64,000 bases of DNA from contig CATNEN010000007.1 in assembly GCA_950097015.1 (NCBI GenBank), forward strand, positions 1,240,001-1,304,000. The letters run 5' to 3'. Under the pieces are notes generated by a model, which saw nothing but the letters and a program-made list of their open reading frames with translations, was not told where the DNA came from and made no database searches. The stretch is from Macrostomum hystrix (Eukaryota; Animalia; Platyhelminthes). Positions 12,258-22,400 of the stretch are shown here, piece by piece (the first letter of the stretch is position 1; each line of letters begins with the position of its first letter). The translations under genes were made by a program, and so were the position numbers.

Positions 12258-12491
12258 CTGCTCACCGTGATTTCCGTTTGCGCACATGGTGCCGTAGGTT
12301 ATAATGACTTCCACCAGGGCGGCAGCTCTGATAGCGCTCACATTCTGCTCCTCCTGGTCGGTGAGCTCGCGGGCCTCTCCAATTTTGCTATTACGATAGA
12401 CAATTCTGGAGCTCTTTCTCAGCGGGTTTTTGATGGCGCGACCCGAGGTTCGGGCGTAATGAGCAGTCTCTACCAGCCAGGGGACCGACAT
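12258..12491 (-). CDS. Small protein of unknown function, exon 1
   Basis: ATG at 12491; strong donor CAG|gtgagt at 12256-12257; an 82-nt intron joins in frame to exon 2, giving 168 aa in total. Confidence 0.6.
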
Positions 12492-13726
12492 TCAGCTCTG
12501 CCGTGTGTCTGAGCTCTACTCAAACTGATCCAAACTAGCCGATTAATGCTCGAATTCAAAGCAAAACAAGCTTACTTGATTTCAGACTAAATCAATTTTA
12601 TGTTAAGGCAAGTAATTTTTTAGCTTAAACTGGCTTTCGACCACAGACAACCAACCACCTTCTACGCTCGTATTTCATAAAAAGACAAGACACAGGATAT
12701 ACTACAGGTATAATTATATACCAGTTTTATGAAGTTTGGCCATAGACTTTCAAAATGAGGACATCCAGCTGAAAAGAAAAGCCACGTTAAACACGCCATT
12801 AGTTGATTTCGGTAGGTTAAATTACAAGAATATAAAAACGTTTGTCTTTCTATAATATAGCCTCGATCTATATTAAATTCATTAGCATAAAAAATCGTAG
12901 CAATTAATTAAACAAATCAGGATATGTAGGTCCACATGGAACAAAGGTCAGCGCACACTGAAGGATATATCAGCACTGTCACTGAGGCCGAGACAACTAA
13001 ACTCAAAATTGCTGATCTCTAAACACAAAACTAATATAAGCGAGCATTTGTGTACTTATTGTCGGATATCTCAGCACTGTCACTGTCAACAGTTCTCCTA
13101 GCTCAATCGTGAGTGTGTCAGCTGCTGCTCAGCTTGCCTCCGAGTAGTACTCAGCCTGGAATTAGCAGAGCGGTGAGCATGAGTGCATTATTGGCAAACA
13201 ACTGTCAGACAGAGGCACAAGCTCACATTGGGATCGGGTAGGAGACCCATAGCAACAGTCGCAGCCTCCCTAGCCGGCAGGGCCCTGGCTTCGCTCTCGT
13301 GACCAGCGGCCGCTCGCCTCCTCGAAGCGGCGAAGGCAGCTGCGCCGACTGTAACAGGCAGTGAGCAGCCGAGCGCTATGCTGAGCACAGTGCTCAAAGT
13401 AGAAATCCTGTGAGCGGCAGCTGAGGGCATGTCGATGTCAACTACACTCACTCTCACAGCACATGTGCTAATGATTTCGAATAGAATATAGATTAAGGAG
13501 TTCGAGTCGCTAAAGAGAGATTTACCATAGACAGTGAGGCTGCGGTTTCTCCAGTCGACAAGCATTTCACCCTGCTGGAATTTGCAGCTGATGTACTTTC
13601 CGTTGTGATGCACCTCGACCCGAAAGCAGAAATGCACAGCGAGATTCAAGCCTGCCGACTTGGCTTCAGCTGCAGCAGTGCCCTGCGATTTGTTTAATTC
13701 ATTTCGAGTCAAGCAACATGATTAAT

Positions 13727-14000
13727 CAGCGAGGAGGCAATTCTGCCCCATTCGACTGACTCCTGAGCACACACGCACACAGATACCTGGCAGATCTCTG
13801 CCGACTTTCTTATCGTCAGGCAGTGTGCACTTTCACTGTGCCTTGGGGGTTGGCCTTCAAGGTCGTAAATTGCACGACAAGTCCCCGAGTGTCTTTTCTC
13901 TGCGATTTCACCAAAAAATAATTGGGTCCTCGCCGCGGAATCGAGCTCAGGGACCTTGGTGCGAGAGGCACACGCATTGGACCGCACTGCCACTCACCCC
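13727..14000 (-). mobile_element. tRNA-derived SINE family A copy
   Basis: Minus strand: GGGGTGAGTGGCAGTGCGG (A-box-like)...GAGCTCGATTCCGCGGCGAGG (B-box-like). The body matches 41857-42107 and the tail matches 34090-34210 and 488-600. Confidence 0.75.
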
Positions 14001-14237
14001 CAGTCGGTGCACATCCTCAAGCAAAGCGTGGCAGAACCCACCTTGGCTACAAAGACTTCACTCTTCAGTGTCATCGAGCCGGCACGTGACATTCGTCAGG
14101 GCGGGTCTGCCGCCAATCGACTGCAGAGTGACCCGCCGGCCTCCGGTCGCTAATGAGAATCTCGATGCCCAATGCTAAGACAATTTCTTGGGGCAGGCCT
14201 TAGAATAGAGAAATTGGGAATTGATAGGACACCTTGG

Positions 14238-14320
14238 TGCCAGATGTTCAGCCGCTAGCACAGTTGTAGCTATTTCGCGGCGCATGCAGAGGCTGCATAG
14301 AGCGGTTCAGTCCGTGGACT
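14238..14320 (-). mobile_element. 3' fragment of CORE-SINE family B
   Basis: CAGATGTTCAGCCGCTAGCACAGTTGTAGCTATTTCGCGGCGCATGCAGAGGCTGCATAGAGCGGTTCAGTCCGTGGACTGGG is colinear with about 10220-10305. Confidence 0.65.
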
Positions 14321-14475
14321 GGGAGGGCGATGGATTCACGATTCAGTCCATGGACTGGGATGGCGCCGGATTCACGATTCAGTCCATGGAATGGGATGGC
14401 GATGGATTCACGATTCAGTCCATGGACTGGGATGGCGATGGATTCACGATTCAGTCCATGGACTGGGATGGCGAT
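14306..14475. repeat. 36-bp minisatellite, about 4.5 copies
   Basis: Unit GATTCAGTCCATGGACTGGGATGGCGATGGATTCAC, containing the 14-bp palindrome CAGTCCATGGACTG. Confidence 0.9.
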
Positions 14476-14647
14476 AGATTCCTACAGGGATGGTGATAGG
14501 TCCCAATAGACTTTTATTGGGACCATTCAGAAGAGGAACTCACAGTCTTGTCTGCCGTAGACAATGACCCGAGTGATAATAGTTCCACTGGTTCGGAATT
14601 TTCATCCAGTCACGGAAGCACGGCCAGACAAACGAGTCTGGGTGAGT

Positions 14648-14985
14648 CTGCGGGGAAGATGGGTGCGAGGAAGATCGGGTGCGGGGAAGATGGGTGCGAG
14701 GAAGATCGGGTGCGGGGAAGATGGGGTGCGGGGAAGATGGGGTGTGGGGAAGATGGGGTGCGGGGAAGATTGGGTGTGGGAAAGATGAGGTGTGGAAGTT
14801 TGGATGGTGTGGGTAAGATGGGATGCCACGAAGATGGGGTGTGGGGAAGATGAGGTGCGGGGAAGATGGGGTGTGGGGAAGATGAGGTGTGGAAGTTTGG
14901 ATGGTGTGGGTAAGATGGGATGCCACGAAGATGGGGTGTGGGGAAGATGAGGTGCGGGGAAGATGGGGTGTGGGGAAGATATGTT
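14648..14985. repeat. G-rich ~16-bp degenerate minisatellite
   Basis: Repeated GGGGAAGATGGGGTG(C/T), with a longer block duplicated (about 14770-14890 versus 14870-14985). Confidence 0.88.
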
Positions 14986-15152
14986 GTGAGAAAGATTATA
15001 TATGGGGAAGATTTGAAATGAGGGCGGTCGGATTTGTGAAGGATCCGATGTGGTGAAGATGGGAAGTGAAGGAAATAAAGCAGGTAGGAGTAAGGCATGG
15101 TTTTCAGTTGTTTTCCCAAGCTGATCCCGTAAACAATAGACTTAAATCACGG

Positions 15153-15637
15153 AGGCGTGAGCAGCTCAGTTACTCATAGTCAGTTTCATTAGTTTCACAT
15201 ATTGCACTCGGAACAACGAGAACACTTTAGATCTGCGCGCGCGTTGATCACTAAATAGTTAGTAATCGTTAGTTTATTTATAGATGGCTTAAAAATTTGT
15301 CCGCAAACACGCAAATCGAACATCAAAGACAGAAGCGTGAACTGAATAATCAGAAGAAAATTTAACCGCGGCCTTCTACTAGTAGTAGATGCCAAGAGCA
15401 TGCGTTAAATTTAAATTAAAAGGTTCAGAAAACAAATTCAAGGATGCGATTTCTATTCTAGCAATCAAAAGTGTTAAAAGGACATATTGTGTAGACAAAA
15501 ACGACAAAAGCAAAAAATATATTTGCAAAGCTTTTGTTACAAAGAAAAAATGTTGACTTCTAGTAAACCATCATTTTTAACGGTATTAAATCGTTAAAAA
15601 TCGCTTGAAATAGTTCACCATTTAGAATAAGAAGAGC
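15153..15637 (+). repeat. 485-bp direct repeat, left copy (flanks the LINE)
   Basis: AGGCGTGAGCAGCTCAG...TAGAATAAGAAGAGC appears identical by eye to 18773-19257 at a constant offset of 3620. The ORF track gives the same 68-aa ORF at 15195 and 18815. Confidence 0.95.
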
Positions 15638-18600
15638 CAAGCCTGGTATTCTGTGGAGAAGGAACGCCCGGAATACTGACTGGACGGCCTTTGCGGAATC
15701 CGTGAAGCGCCAGACCAACCAGTTAGAATCCGTTGTTCCTGCCACCTGTCAAGAAGTGGACGATCTGGCTGATCTACTCAGCATGACCATCTTGACAGCT
15801 CATGAAACCTCTTGCCCTCTTAAAGCCTACAAAGGCAAAAAATCCGCTCCCTGGTGGAACCCAGCGCTTGGAACCCTCCGGCGAAAGGCCAAATCCCTCC
15901 AGCGGATTGCGCGGAAAAGCAAGGACCAAGCTGACCTGACCGCCTACCAGAATGCGATTCGTGACTTTAAGCGTGACACCAGGAAAGCGAAGTCCGAAAA
16001 GTGGCGCCAATACTGCTCCGAGCTGGAGGGCGCCCGCCCAACTTCTCGCGTTGTAAAAGCGCTCACTCTTGACAAAATGTCGAAGCTCTCAGTGATCAAA
16101 AGACCGGACGGCCGGCTTGCTGAGAATCCTGGCGAATCGCTGGACATCATGCTCGCCAGCGCCTTCCCCCAGACTGCGCCGCTTCAGGACCCGCCGGACC
16201 ACACTCCGGGTGGACACATCCTTGCGACAACTATTATCACTAGAGAACGGACAGCTCGCGCTGCTAACTCCTTCTCGCCTTTTAAGTCGCCTGGACCTGA
16301 CAACATTTACCCCGCCTTCCTACATGAAGCGGTAAAAAATGACAGGTTCCTCGGCCTCCTTTGCAACCTGTTCAAGGCCTGTATCACCCTCGGGTACGTA
16401 CCCAGGTCTTGGCAGGAAGCCACTATCGTCTTCATCCCCAAACCTGGGAAGGGAGACTACCACTCCGCCAAAGCCTTCCGCCCCATCAGCTTAACATCTT
16501 TCTTTCTTAAGCTGCTTGAAAGGCTTGTTCTTTGGCGCCTCCTTCACGTTGAGCTGAGGAACTCCCCGCTCTCCGCCAACCAGCACGCCTTTCGATCCGG
16601 ACGTTCCATCGAAAGTGCTCTGCATGCCATTGTCGACAAGCTGGAGCGCGCCGTGCTTGGCACCGGTTTTGCTCTCTCGCTTTTCCTCGACATTGATGGT
16701 GCCTTCGACAATGTGCTCTTCGGAGCCTTTAGGCGAGCCCTGGAACGCCGGGCTACGCACGAGCACCTCACCCGCTGGATCATGTATATGATCTCTCACC
16801 GAACTGCCACCTCGCACCTGCTTGGACACTCCCGTTCTGTGAATGTCCAGAAGGGAGGCCCGCAGGGTGGCGTTCTCAGTCCGATCCTTTGGAACCTTGT
16901 CATGGACGAACTGCTCTGCAGCCCTGACCCGGACCCGGTCCAAAGAATCGGCTATGCTGACGACGTCACCGCCACCGTGGCCGGACCGTCTCCCCCGGTC
17001 CTTAGAGACCTTCTGCAAGCTTTCATCCACCGTGCCGAACGCTGGGCCAATGGCTGCGGCCTCAAACTCTCTGAGTCCAAGACCGTCGCCATTATGTTCA
17101 CCAGCAAACGAAACTGGAGGATTGAGCCTCTCCTTCTCTATAACAAACCAATCGCCATGGAGAAGCAAACCAGATGCTTAGGTGTCATCCTCGACCACAG
17201 GTTGAGCTGGACACCTCACGTCAAATTCAAAACCCGTAAAGCTCTTGCGACGCTCGCGCAGATTCGCAGAGCCTTCGGCGCCACCTGGGGCCTCACCCCC
17301 CGCCGTCTCTGGTGGATTTACACTACCATTGTAAGACCGGCCATCTCTTTTGCCGGCTTCATCTGGAATAGTGCCCTGGAGACCAAAGGGGTCCTGGAGG
17401 CCCTAAACAAGGTGCAGGGCCGTGCTTGTCGAGCCATCATGAGTGCGGCACCCTCCACTCCCTTCGCTGGCATGAATGCCTTCCTGGACCTTCCCCCTTT
17501 AGATCTTTTTATCAAGGGGGAGGCGATGAAGACGGCTCGTCGTCTTCTGGACGCGGGTATCTCCATCCGGAAGCAACTTGCCTTCAGCAAGCGGAACCTC
17601 CAGCCCCATGGCGACCTCAGCCTACGGGACCTGGACGCAGCAGGAGGTCTCAAAATTCTCTCCGACGGAATCCCGTCGACGCTGTGCCCACCGCAAAAAT
17701 TCAAAACCAGCATTCCGCCTCGCCAGGAAGTACGTGACCACGGCCAACCCCGTGAAATTCACTGCTTCACCGACGGATCGCAAATCAACTCGGTCTCTGG
17801 TTTCGGCTACTGCATTATGTCCGGAGGGAAAACTGTGGCGACCTTCTCCCAGCACACCGGCATAAACTCTACTGTTTTCCAGAACGAAGTTCTGGCCATC
17901 AGCTCCTGCGCCCTGGAGCTGATCTACCAAAACGTCCATGGAGCAGAAATCTTCCTCCACTCGGACAGCCAGGCGGCGATCCATGCCCTTGGACGCACGC
18001 ACACCTGCTCGCGCACAGTCCTCGACTGCGTCGCGCAACTCAACCGCTTAGGGACCCACAACAAGGTGTCCCTAAGGTGGATTCCAGGGCACTCTGGCCA
18101 CCCTGGTAACGAATTGGCCGACAGCCTCGCCAAGGCCGGTTCGACGGGTTCGCTTTTTGGCCCCGTGCCTGCGGTCTCCACCCCTACCGCCGTCGTCAAC
18201 ACTCGGATTAACCAGTGGGTGACCTCAAAGCACAAGGACAGATGGATCAATACCGCCGATTGTCGGCAGTCTCGCGCTGCTGTCCCTTGTCCCTCCACTG
18301 CCCTTCGCAAAGCCTTGCTTGGACTGAACCGCAAGGACATCAGGGCAGTCACCATGGCCCTCTCTGGCCATGGCTGTTTCGCCAGGCACCGCTTCCTGCA
18401 AGGCAAAATCCGCAGTGAGGAATGCCCCTTCTGCCTCTCCTATGTTGAGGATGCAGAGCATTTTATTTGCGACTGCCCCGCCTTCACTCAGGACCGGCTC
18501 ACCTATCTCGGCCCAAACCCGGATCTCCCCGACGTTTTCAGGCCTGAGAACATCTGCCAGCTCGTCCGATACCTGAGGGCCACCGGGCGAGCAACCCTCC

Positions 18601-18772
18601 ACCTCCTGGACACTCCGGAGGAGGACCGCGCTGCGGACGCCGGCACCACCGGATCCCCCTGCGCGACACCGCAGCTCTAGTTGCCCGTGGTCGCCAGGGG
18701 CTAGCGGAATGGGCGGCAACGCCTCCCCGCTGCATCCGGAAGATGCCCCCTGCAGCTAAGTCAAGTAAGTCA
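15638..18772 (+). mobile_element. 5'-truncated non-LTR retrotransposon, I-group (Loa-like), RT + RNase H
   Basis: Uninterrupted ORF2 remnant, then a short 3' UTR and an AAGTCAAGTAAGTCAAG tail. No APE endonuclease or ORF1 is present. Confidence 0.92.
15702..18680 (+). CDS. LINE ORF2 remnant: reverse transcriptase, RNase H, C-terminal Cys/His motif
   Basis: RT: [49 protein letters not shown]. RNase H: [40 protein letters not shown]-terminal CPFC...EHFICDC. The frame is also open upstream to about 15639 (RNARNTDW), so the 15702 GTG is not a true start. Confidence 0.93.
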   Translation: MKRQTNQLESVVPATCQEVDDLADLLSMTILTAHETSCPLKAYKGKKSAPWWNPALGTLRRKAKSLQRIARKSKDQADLTAYQNAIRDFKRDTRKAKSEKWRQYCSELEGARPTSRVVKALTLDKMSKLSVIKRPDGRLAENPGESLDIMLASAFPQTAPLQDPPDHTPGGHILATTIITRERTARAANSFSPFKSPGPDNIYPAFLHEAVKNDRFLGLLCNLFKACITLGYVPRSWQEATIVFIPKPGKGDYHSAKAFRPISLTSFFLKLLERLVLWRLLHVELRNSPLSANQHAFRSGRSIESALHAIVDKLERAVLGTGFALSLFLDIDGAFDNVLFGAFRRALERRATHEHLTRWIMYMISHRTATSHLLGHSRSVNVQKGGPQGGVLSPILWNLVMDELLCSPDPDPVQRIGYADDVTATVAGPSPPVLRDLLQAFIHRAERWANGCGLKLSESKTVAIMFTSKRNWRIEPLLLYNKPIAMEKQTRCLGVILDHRLSWTPHVKFKTRKALATLAQIRRAFGATWGLTPRRLWWIYTTIVRPAISFAGFIWNSALETKGVLEALNKVQGRACRAIMSAAPSTPFAGMNAFLDLPPLDLFIKGEAMKTARRLLDAGISIRKQLAFSKRNLQPHGDLSLRDLDAAGGLKILSDGIPSTLCPPQKFKTSIPPRQEVRDHGQPREIHCFTDGSQINSVSGFGYCIMSGGKTVATFSQHTGINSTVFQNEVLAISSCALELIYQNVHGAEIFLHSDSQAAIHALGRTHTCSRTVLDCVAQLNRLGTHNKVSLRWIPGHSGHPGNELADSLAKAGSTGSLFGPVPAVSTPTAVVNTRINQWVTSKHKDRWINTADCRQSRAAVPCPSTALRKALLGLNRKDIRAVTMALSGHGCFARHRFLQGKIRSEECPFCLSYVEDAEHFICDCPAFTQDRLTYLGPNPDLPDVFRPENICQLVRYLRATGRATLHLLDTPEEDRAADAGTTGSPCATPQL

Positions 18773-19257
18773 AGGCGTGAGCAGCTCAGTTACTCATAGT
18801 CAGTTTCATTAGTTTCACATATTGCACTCGGAACAACGAGAACACTTTAGATCTGCGCGCGCGTTGATCACTAAATAGTTAGTAATCGTTAGTTTATTTA
18901 TAGATGGCTTAAAAATTTGTCCGCAAACACGCAAATCGAACATCAAAGACAGAAGCGTGAACTGAATAATCAGAAGAAAATTTAACCGCGGCCTTCTACT
19001 AGTAGTAGATGCCAAGAGCATGCGTTAAATTTAAATTAAAAGGTTCAGAAAACAAATTCAAGGATGCGATTTCTATTCTAGCAATCAAAAGTGTTAAAAG
19101 GACATATTGTGTAGACAAAAACGACAAAAGCAAAAAATATATTTGCAAAGCTTTTGTTACAAAGAAAAAATGTTGACTTCTAGTAAACCATCATTTTTAA
19201 CGGTATTAAATCGTTAAAAATCGCTTGAAATAGTTCACCATTTAGAATAAGAAGAGC
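18773..19257 (+). repeat. 485-bp direct repeat, right copy
   Basis: Matches 15153-15637. Confidence 0.95.
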
Positions 19258-19417
19258 AAGTCAGTTTGCTTGACCTTCACTCCTGACTAAAAACCATGAC
19301 ACCATAGGTTATCATCGCTGAACTCCGTTAATTTTGCTTAACTTCCGTTAAAATATATTCACTTCAGTTAAAAAATTTAAGCTTTCGCTAATATTCAAAC
19401 TTCCTTTAACAGTAGAA

Positions 19418-22400
19418 AGACCACAATAATTCCCCCTAGGGGGAAGACCACGCTAATTCCCCCTAGGGGGAAGACCACGCTAATTCCCCCCTGTGGGAAA
19501 GACCACGCTAATTCACCCCTGTAGGATAGACCACGCTAATTCACCCCTGTGGGAAAGACCACGCTAATTCCCCCCTGTGGGAAAGACCACGCTAATTCCC
19601 CCCTGTGGGAAAGACCACGCTAATTCCCCCCTGTGGGAAAGACCACGCTAATTCCCCCCTGTGGGAAAGACCACGCTAATTCCCCCCCCCCTGTGGGACA
19701 GACCACGCTAATTCCCCCCCTGTGGGAAAGACCACGCTAATTCACCCCTGTGGGAAAGACCACGCTAATTCACCCCTGTGGGAAAGACCACGCTAATTCC
19801 CCTCTGGGGGACAGACCACGCTAATTCCCCCCCTGTGGGAAAGACCACGCTAATTCCCCCCTGTAGAATAGACCACGCTAATTCACCCCTGTGGGAAAGA
19901 CCACGCTAATTCACCCCTGTGGGAAAGACCACGCTAATTCACCCCTGTGGGAAAGACCACGCTAATTCCCCTCTGGGGGACAGACCACGCTAATTCCCCC
20001 CCTGTGGGAAAGACCACGCTAATTCACCCCTGTGGGAAAGACCACGCTAATTCCCCTCTGGGGGACAGACCACGCTAATTCCCCCCCTGTGGGAAAGACC
20101 ACGCTAATTCACCCCTGTGGGAAAGACCACGCTAATTCCCCTCTGGGGGATAGACCACGCTAATTCCCCCCTGTGGGAAAGACCACGCTAATTCCCCCCC
20201 TGTGGGAAAGACCACGCTAATTCCCCCCTGTAGGATAGACCACGCTAATTCACCCCTGTGGGAAAGACCACGCTAATTCACCCCTGTGGGAAAGACCACG
20301 CTAATTCACCCCTGTGGGAAAGACCACGCTAATTCCCCTCTGGGGGACAGACCACGCTAATTCACCCCTGTGGGAAAGACCACGCTAATTCACCCCTGTG
20401 GGAAAGACCACGCTAATTCACCCCTGTGGGAAAGACCACGCTAATTCACCCCTGTGGGAAAGACCACGCTAATTCCCCTCTGGGGGACAGACCACGCTAA
20501 TTCACCCCTGTGGGAAAGACCACGCTAATTCCCCTCTGGGGGAAAGACCACGCTAATTCACTCCTGTGGGAAAGACCACGCTAATTCACCCCTGTGGGAA
20601 AGACCACGCTAATTCCCCTCTGGGGGACAGACCACGCTAATTCACCCCTGTGGGAAAGACCACGCTAATTCACCCCTGTGGGAAAGACCACGCTAATTCC
20701 CCTCTGGGGGACAGACCACGCTAATTCACCCCTGTGGGAAAGACCACGCTAATTCCCCCCTGTGGGAAAGACCACAATAATTCCCCCCCTGTGGGAAAGA
20801 CCACGCTAATTCCCCCCTGTGGGAAAGACCACGCTAATTCCCCCCCCTGTGGGACAGACCACGCTAATTCCCCCCCTGTGGGATAGACCACGCTAATTCC
20901 CTCTGGGGGATAGACCACGCTAATTCCCCTCTGGGGGAAAGACCACGCTAATTCCCCTCTGGGGGAAAGACCACGCTAATTCCCCTCTGGGGGATAGACC
21001 ACGCTAATTCCCTCTGGGGGATAGACCACGCTAATTCCCCTCTGGGGGATAGACCACGCTAATTCCCTCTGGGGGATAGACCACGCTAATTCCCCTCTGG
21101 GGGAAAGACCACGCTAATTCCCCTCTGGGGGAAAGACCACGCTAATTCCCCTCTGGGGGACAGAACACGCTAATTCCCCTCTGGGGGATAGACCACGCTA
21201 ATTCCCTCTGGGGGAAAGACCACGCTAATTCCCCCCTGGGGGATAGACCACGCTAATTCCCCTCTGGGGGATAGACCACGCTAATTCCCTCTGGGGGAAA
21301 GACCACGCTAATTCCCCTCTGGGGGATAGACCACGCTAATTCCCTCTGGGGGATAGACCACGCTAATTCCCTCTGGGGGATAGACCACGCTAATTCCCCT
21401 CTAGGGGATAGACCACGCTAATTCCCCTCTGGGGGATAGACCACGCTAATTCCCCTCTGGGGGAAAGACCACGCTAATTCCCTCTGGGGGATAGATCACA
21501 CTAATTCCCCTCTGGGGGAAAGACCACGCTAATTCCCTCCTGTGGGATAGACCACGCTAATTCCCTCTGGGGGATAGATCACACTAATTCCCCCCTGGGG
21601 GATAGACCACGCTAATTCCCTCTGGGGGATAGATCACACTAATTCCCCTCTGGGGGAAAGACCACGCTAATTCCCTCTGGGGGATAGACCACGCTAATTC
21701 CCTCTGGGGGAAAGACCACGCTAATTCCCCTCTGGGGGATAGACCACACTAATTCCCCTCTGGGGGAAAGACCACGCTAATTCCCTCTGGGGGAAAGACC
21801 ACGCTAATTCCCCTCTGGGGGATAGACCACGCTAATTCCCTCTGGGGGATAGACCACGCTAATTCCCCCCTGGGGGATAGACCACGCTAATTCCCTCTGG
21901 GGGATAGACCACGCTAATTCCCCCCTGGGGGATAGACCACGCTAATTCCCTCTGGGGGATAGATCACACTAATTCCCCCCTGGGGGATAGACCACGCTAA
22001 TTCCCCTCTGGGGGATAGACCACGCTAATTCCCCCCTGGGGGATAGACCACACTAATTCCCCCCTGGGGGATAGACCACGCTAATTCCCTCTGGGGGAAA
22101 GACCACGCTAATTCCCCTCTGGGGGATAGACCACGCTAATTCCCTCTGGGGGATAGACCACGCTAATTCCCTCTGGGGGAAAGACCACGCTAATTCCCTC
22201 TGGGGGATAGACCACGCTAATTCCCCTCTGGGGGATAGACCACGCTAATTCCCTCTGGGGGATAGACCACGCTAATTCCCCCCTGGGGGATAGACCACGC
22301 TAATTCCCTCTGGGGGATAGACCACGCTAATTCCCTCTGGGGGATAGATCACACTAATTCCCCCCTGGGGGATAGACCACGCTAATTCCCCTCTGGGGGA

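Noticed and set aside
13188-14153. 174-aa minus-strand ORF (13188-13712) and plus-strand exon-like pieces (13531-13697, 14004-14153)
   Set aside because: There are no recognisable domains and I could not build a phase-consistent model with a start codon. A real divergent gene here is not excluded and would need RNA-seq.
15774-18735. Multiple minus-strand and alternate-frame ORFs inside the LINE
   Set aside because: They are shadows of the GC-rich ORF2 with no independent motifs.
15153-19257. LTR retrotransposon interpretation of the 485-bp flanking repeats
   Set aside because: The RT motifs (QGGVLSP, YADD) and the domain order are non-LTR. There is no TG...CA, primer-binding site, polypurine tract, protease or integrase, and the element ends in a simple-repeat tail.
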